DNA of 63,875 bases, the filler included, from Ministeria vibrans ATCC 50519 (lineage: Eukaryota; Protista; Filasterea): the NCBI GenBank assembly GCA_943704425.1. It is 12 parts of 12 records of this genome, joined end to end, with 100 filler letters (N's around TTAATTAATTAA, not from the genome) between each part and the next. Parts side by side here need not be neighbours in the genome. Positions count along the whole stretch, not along the records: positions 62,232 to 63,875 come from CALSCP010002353.1; 11 more parts are not named here. The stretch is one strand, 5' to 3'. Positions 62,132 to 63,875 of the stretch are shown here, piece by piece. How positions within the stretch are numbered: position 1 is the first letter of the stretch; every line of letters starts with the position of its first letter. The notes under the pieces are model-generated. The model worked only from the letters and a program-made list of their open reading frames with translations, searched no databases and had not been told where the DNA came from. The translations under genes were made by a program, and so were the position numbers.

Positions 62132-62243
62132 NNNNNNNNNNNNNNNNNNNNNNNNNNNNNNNNNNNNNNNNNNNNTTAATTAATTAANNNNNNNNNNNNN
62201 NNNNNNNNNNNNNNNNNNNNNNNNNNNNNNNTATATATATATA

Positions 62244-62293
<50 letters not shown>

Positions 62294-62338
62294 ATCAATT
62301 TGTCTCTTTCTCCCTCCTCTCTTTCTCTCTCTCCACAG

Positions 62339-63258
62339 GCATTGTGTGGCTTTCGTCCATTGCATGAAATCGCTGTGTTACTTCGAGAACACGCCGAGCT
62401 TCGCGCAGTCATTGGCGAGTCGGCTTGCTCGGCGCTTTACCAAGCTGTCGAATTAGGCGTGCCCACGTCGAGCATTGCCGACAGCCACAGGAGCAACGAT
62501 GACCAGGCATACAAACGTGCACAGTCTGCGCTTCGTGGGTGTTTCTCGGCACTTATGCTCTGTGACACCACCACGGTTGCCGACCAGCTCGCCCGTCTTG
62601 TGACCAAGCTTCAATCGCGAGACCCCATCACATCGTCTCTCTCTCATACAGAGCGCGTTGTAGTGCGATGCAATGCTCAGGTATGAGTTGTAACTGCAAA
62701 CAAACACACAAACATTTTGTATCTTATTTTTTTTTTTTGCAGTTTCCTTCGGACGTCGGGTGTTTCTGTCCGTTTCTTCTCAACACAATGACGCTAGCGC
62801 CCTACGAGGCGCTGTACCTGCCAGCCAACGAGCCGCACGCCTATCTCCTAGGCGACTGCGTTGAGACCATGGCAACCAGTGACAATGTTGTGCGTGCCGG
62901 CCTCACCCCCAAATTTCGAGACACCCACACGCTCCTTCAAATGCTGTCCTACTCATACTCCTCAGCGCAAGAGCGTCTTCTCAGACCCACCACCACCAAC
63001 ACCACTACGCGCACCTACAATCCTCCCACGCGCGAGTTCTCCGTCGCCCTTCACACCATCCCCTCAACTGCGTCGTCCGTTACCCTCCCCTCCCTTGCCG
63101 GCCCTTCCCTCTTCCTCGTCGTCTCCGGTGCAGCCTCCACCGCCGAGCACGCTCTTCCCACTGCCTCTGTCTGGTTCATTCCTGCTCACTTCAGCACATC
63201 TCTGACCGTCACTGATGCGCCTTTTGTCGCCTTCCAGTCGTACTGCGCTCCCAAGTAG
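62339..63258 (+). CDS. MPI: Mannose-6-phosphate isomerase type I, 3' part
   Basis: 'ALCGFRP', 'Q/FPSDVGCF', 'EALYLPANEPHAYLLGDCVETMATSDNVVRAGLTPKFRD'. Confidence 0.95.
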
Positions 63259-63447
63259 TTCACAGGAGGGAACTGACATTGTCAAAAAATAAGTATAAAG
63301 GACCGTCATTGAGACGTATAGATAGAAGAAAATAATATGGTTTTCATTCAACCCCGCTGACACACACATAGAATTAAAAAAGAGAGAAAGGGAGAAATCA
63401 AGGCGAAACGTAAACAAACACAAAAAGACAAAAAAAAACAGACAGAT

Positions 63448-63832
63448 TTAGAGAATCTTAAAGTCAGTGACATCAACGGACACGGCTGAGGACACGGGGA
63501 TATCGGCGCCACCGGCACCCAGTGCACGCGCTACGGAGAGGCCACACAGGGCCGTTTTGGACGCCAGATGCACTTGCACGGGAAACAGCACCGACGTGTC
63601 GTCCACACTATTCAGGACGAAACGAAAGGGAGGAGAAAAATAGATAAATGATTAACCAATCTGGGTCACACACATTATTGTTGATGATGAAGCTTACCCC
63701 ACTTTAAACTCAATGCTGCCCTTGGGCGAGTTCTTGTCGATAAGCGGAATGAACCACTCGAGCACACTGCGACGCGTGTCATTCTTAAAGTCGCCGTCAC
63801 ACTGAGCGATTGTCGGCACACCCGCATGGGCC
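63448..63832 (-). CDS. ARCN1: Coatomer delta subunit, last two exons
   Basis: 'PTIAQCDGDFKNDTRRSVLEWFIPLIDKNSPKGSIEF/...LFPVQVHLASK...FKIL*' fits the delta-COP mu-homology C-terminus; not in the ORF track. Confidence 0.85.
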
Positions 63833-63875
63833 CTACAAAAAAAAAAAAAAACAAAAGGCAACAAAAAGTCAGCGC

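Overview
This is eukaryotic genomic DNA from a compact, intron-rich protist genome. It is not one locus: eleven artificial 100-nt spacers (N44-TTAATTAATTAA-N44) join 12 contigs, so adjacency across a spacer means nothing. By splicing exons by eye I can support about 30 complete or partial genes. They include WASHC5/strumpellin, VPS11, UFM1, RPL36A, BBS2, a p38-like MAPK, CAF1, AP4S1, a thiolase, eIF3i, CFAP90, a GH31 glucosidase, AP5M1, MPI and delta-COP, plus a deleted hAT DNA transposon and many intronic microsatellites. BBS2 and CFAP90 imply a flagellated cell. The dystrophin-type module, talin-type I/LWEQ domain, p38 and adhesion GPCR suggest a unicellular relative of animals (inference). 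The four most striking items are: (1) a dystrophin WW-EF-ZZ module fused to C-terminal I/LWEQ and calponin-type CH actin-binding domains, with no spectrin rod; (2) a FixL-type heme-PAS domain fused to a MARK/AMPK-like Ser/Thr kinase, a candidate eukaryotic O2-sensing kinase; (3) an adhesion GPCR with EGF plus receptor-L ectodomains; (4) a WD40 gene built from exact one-repeat, same-phase 126-nt exons. All family assignments rest on motifs I recognise from memory; no searches were run.
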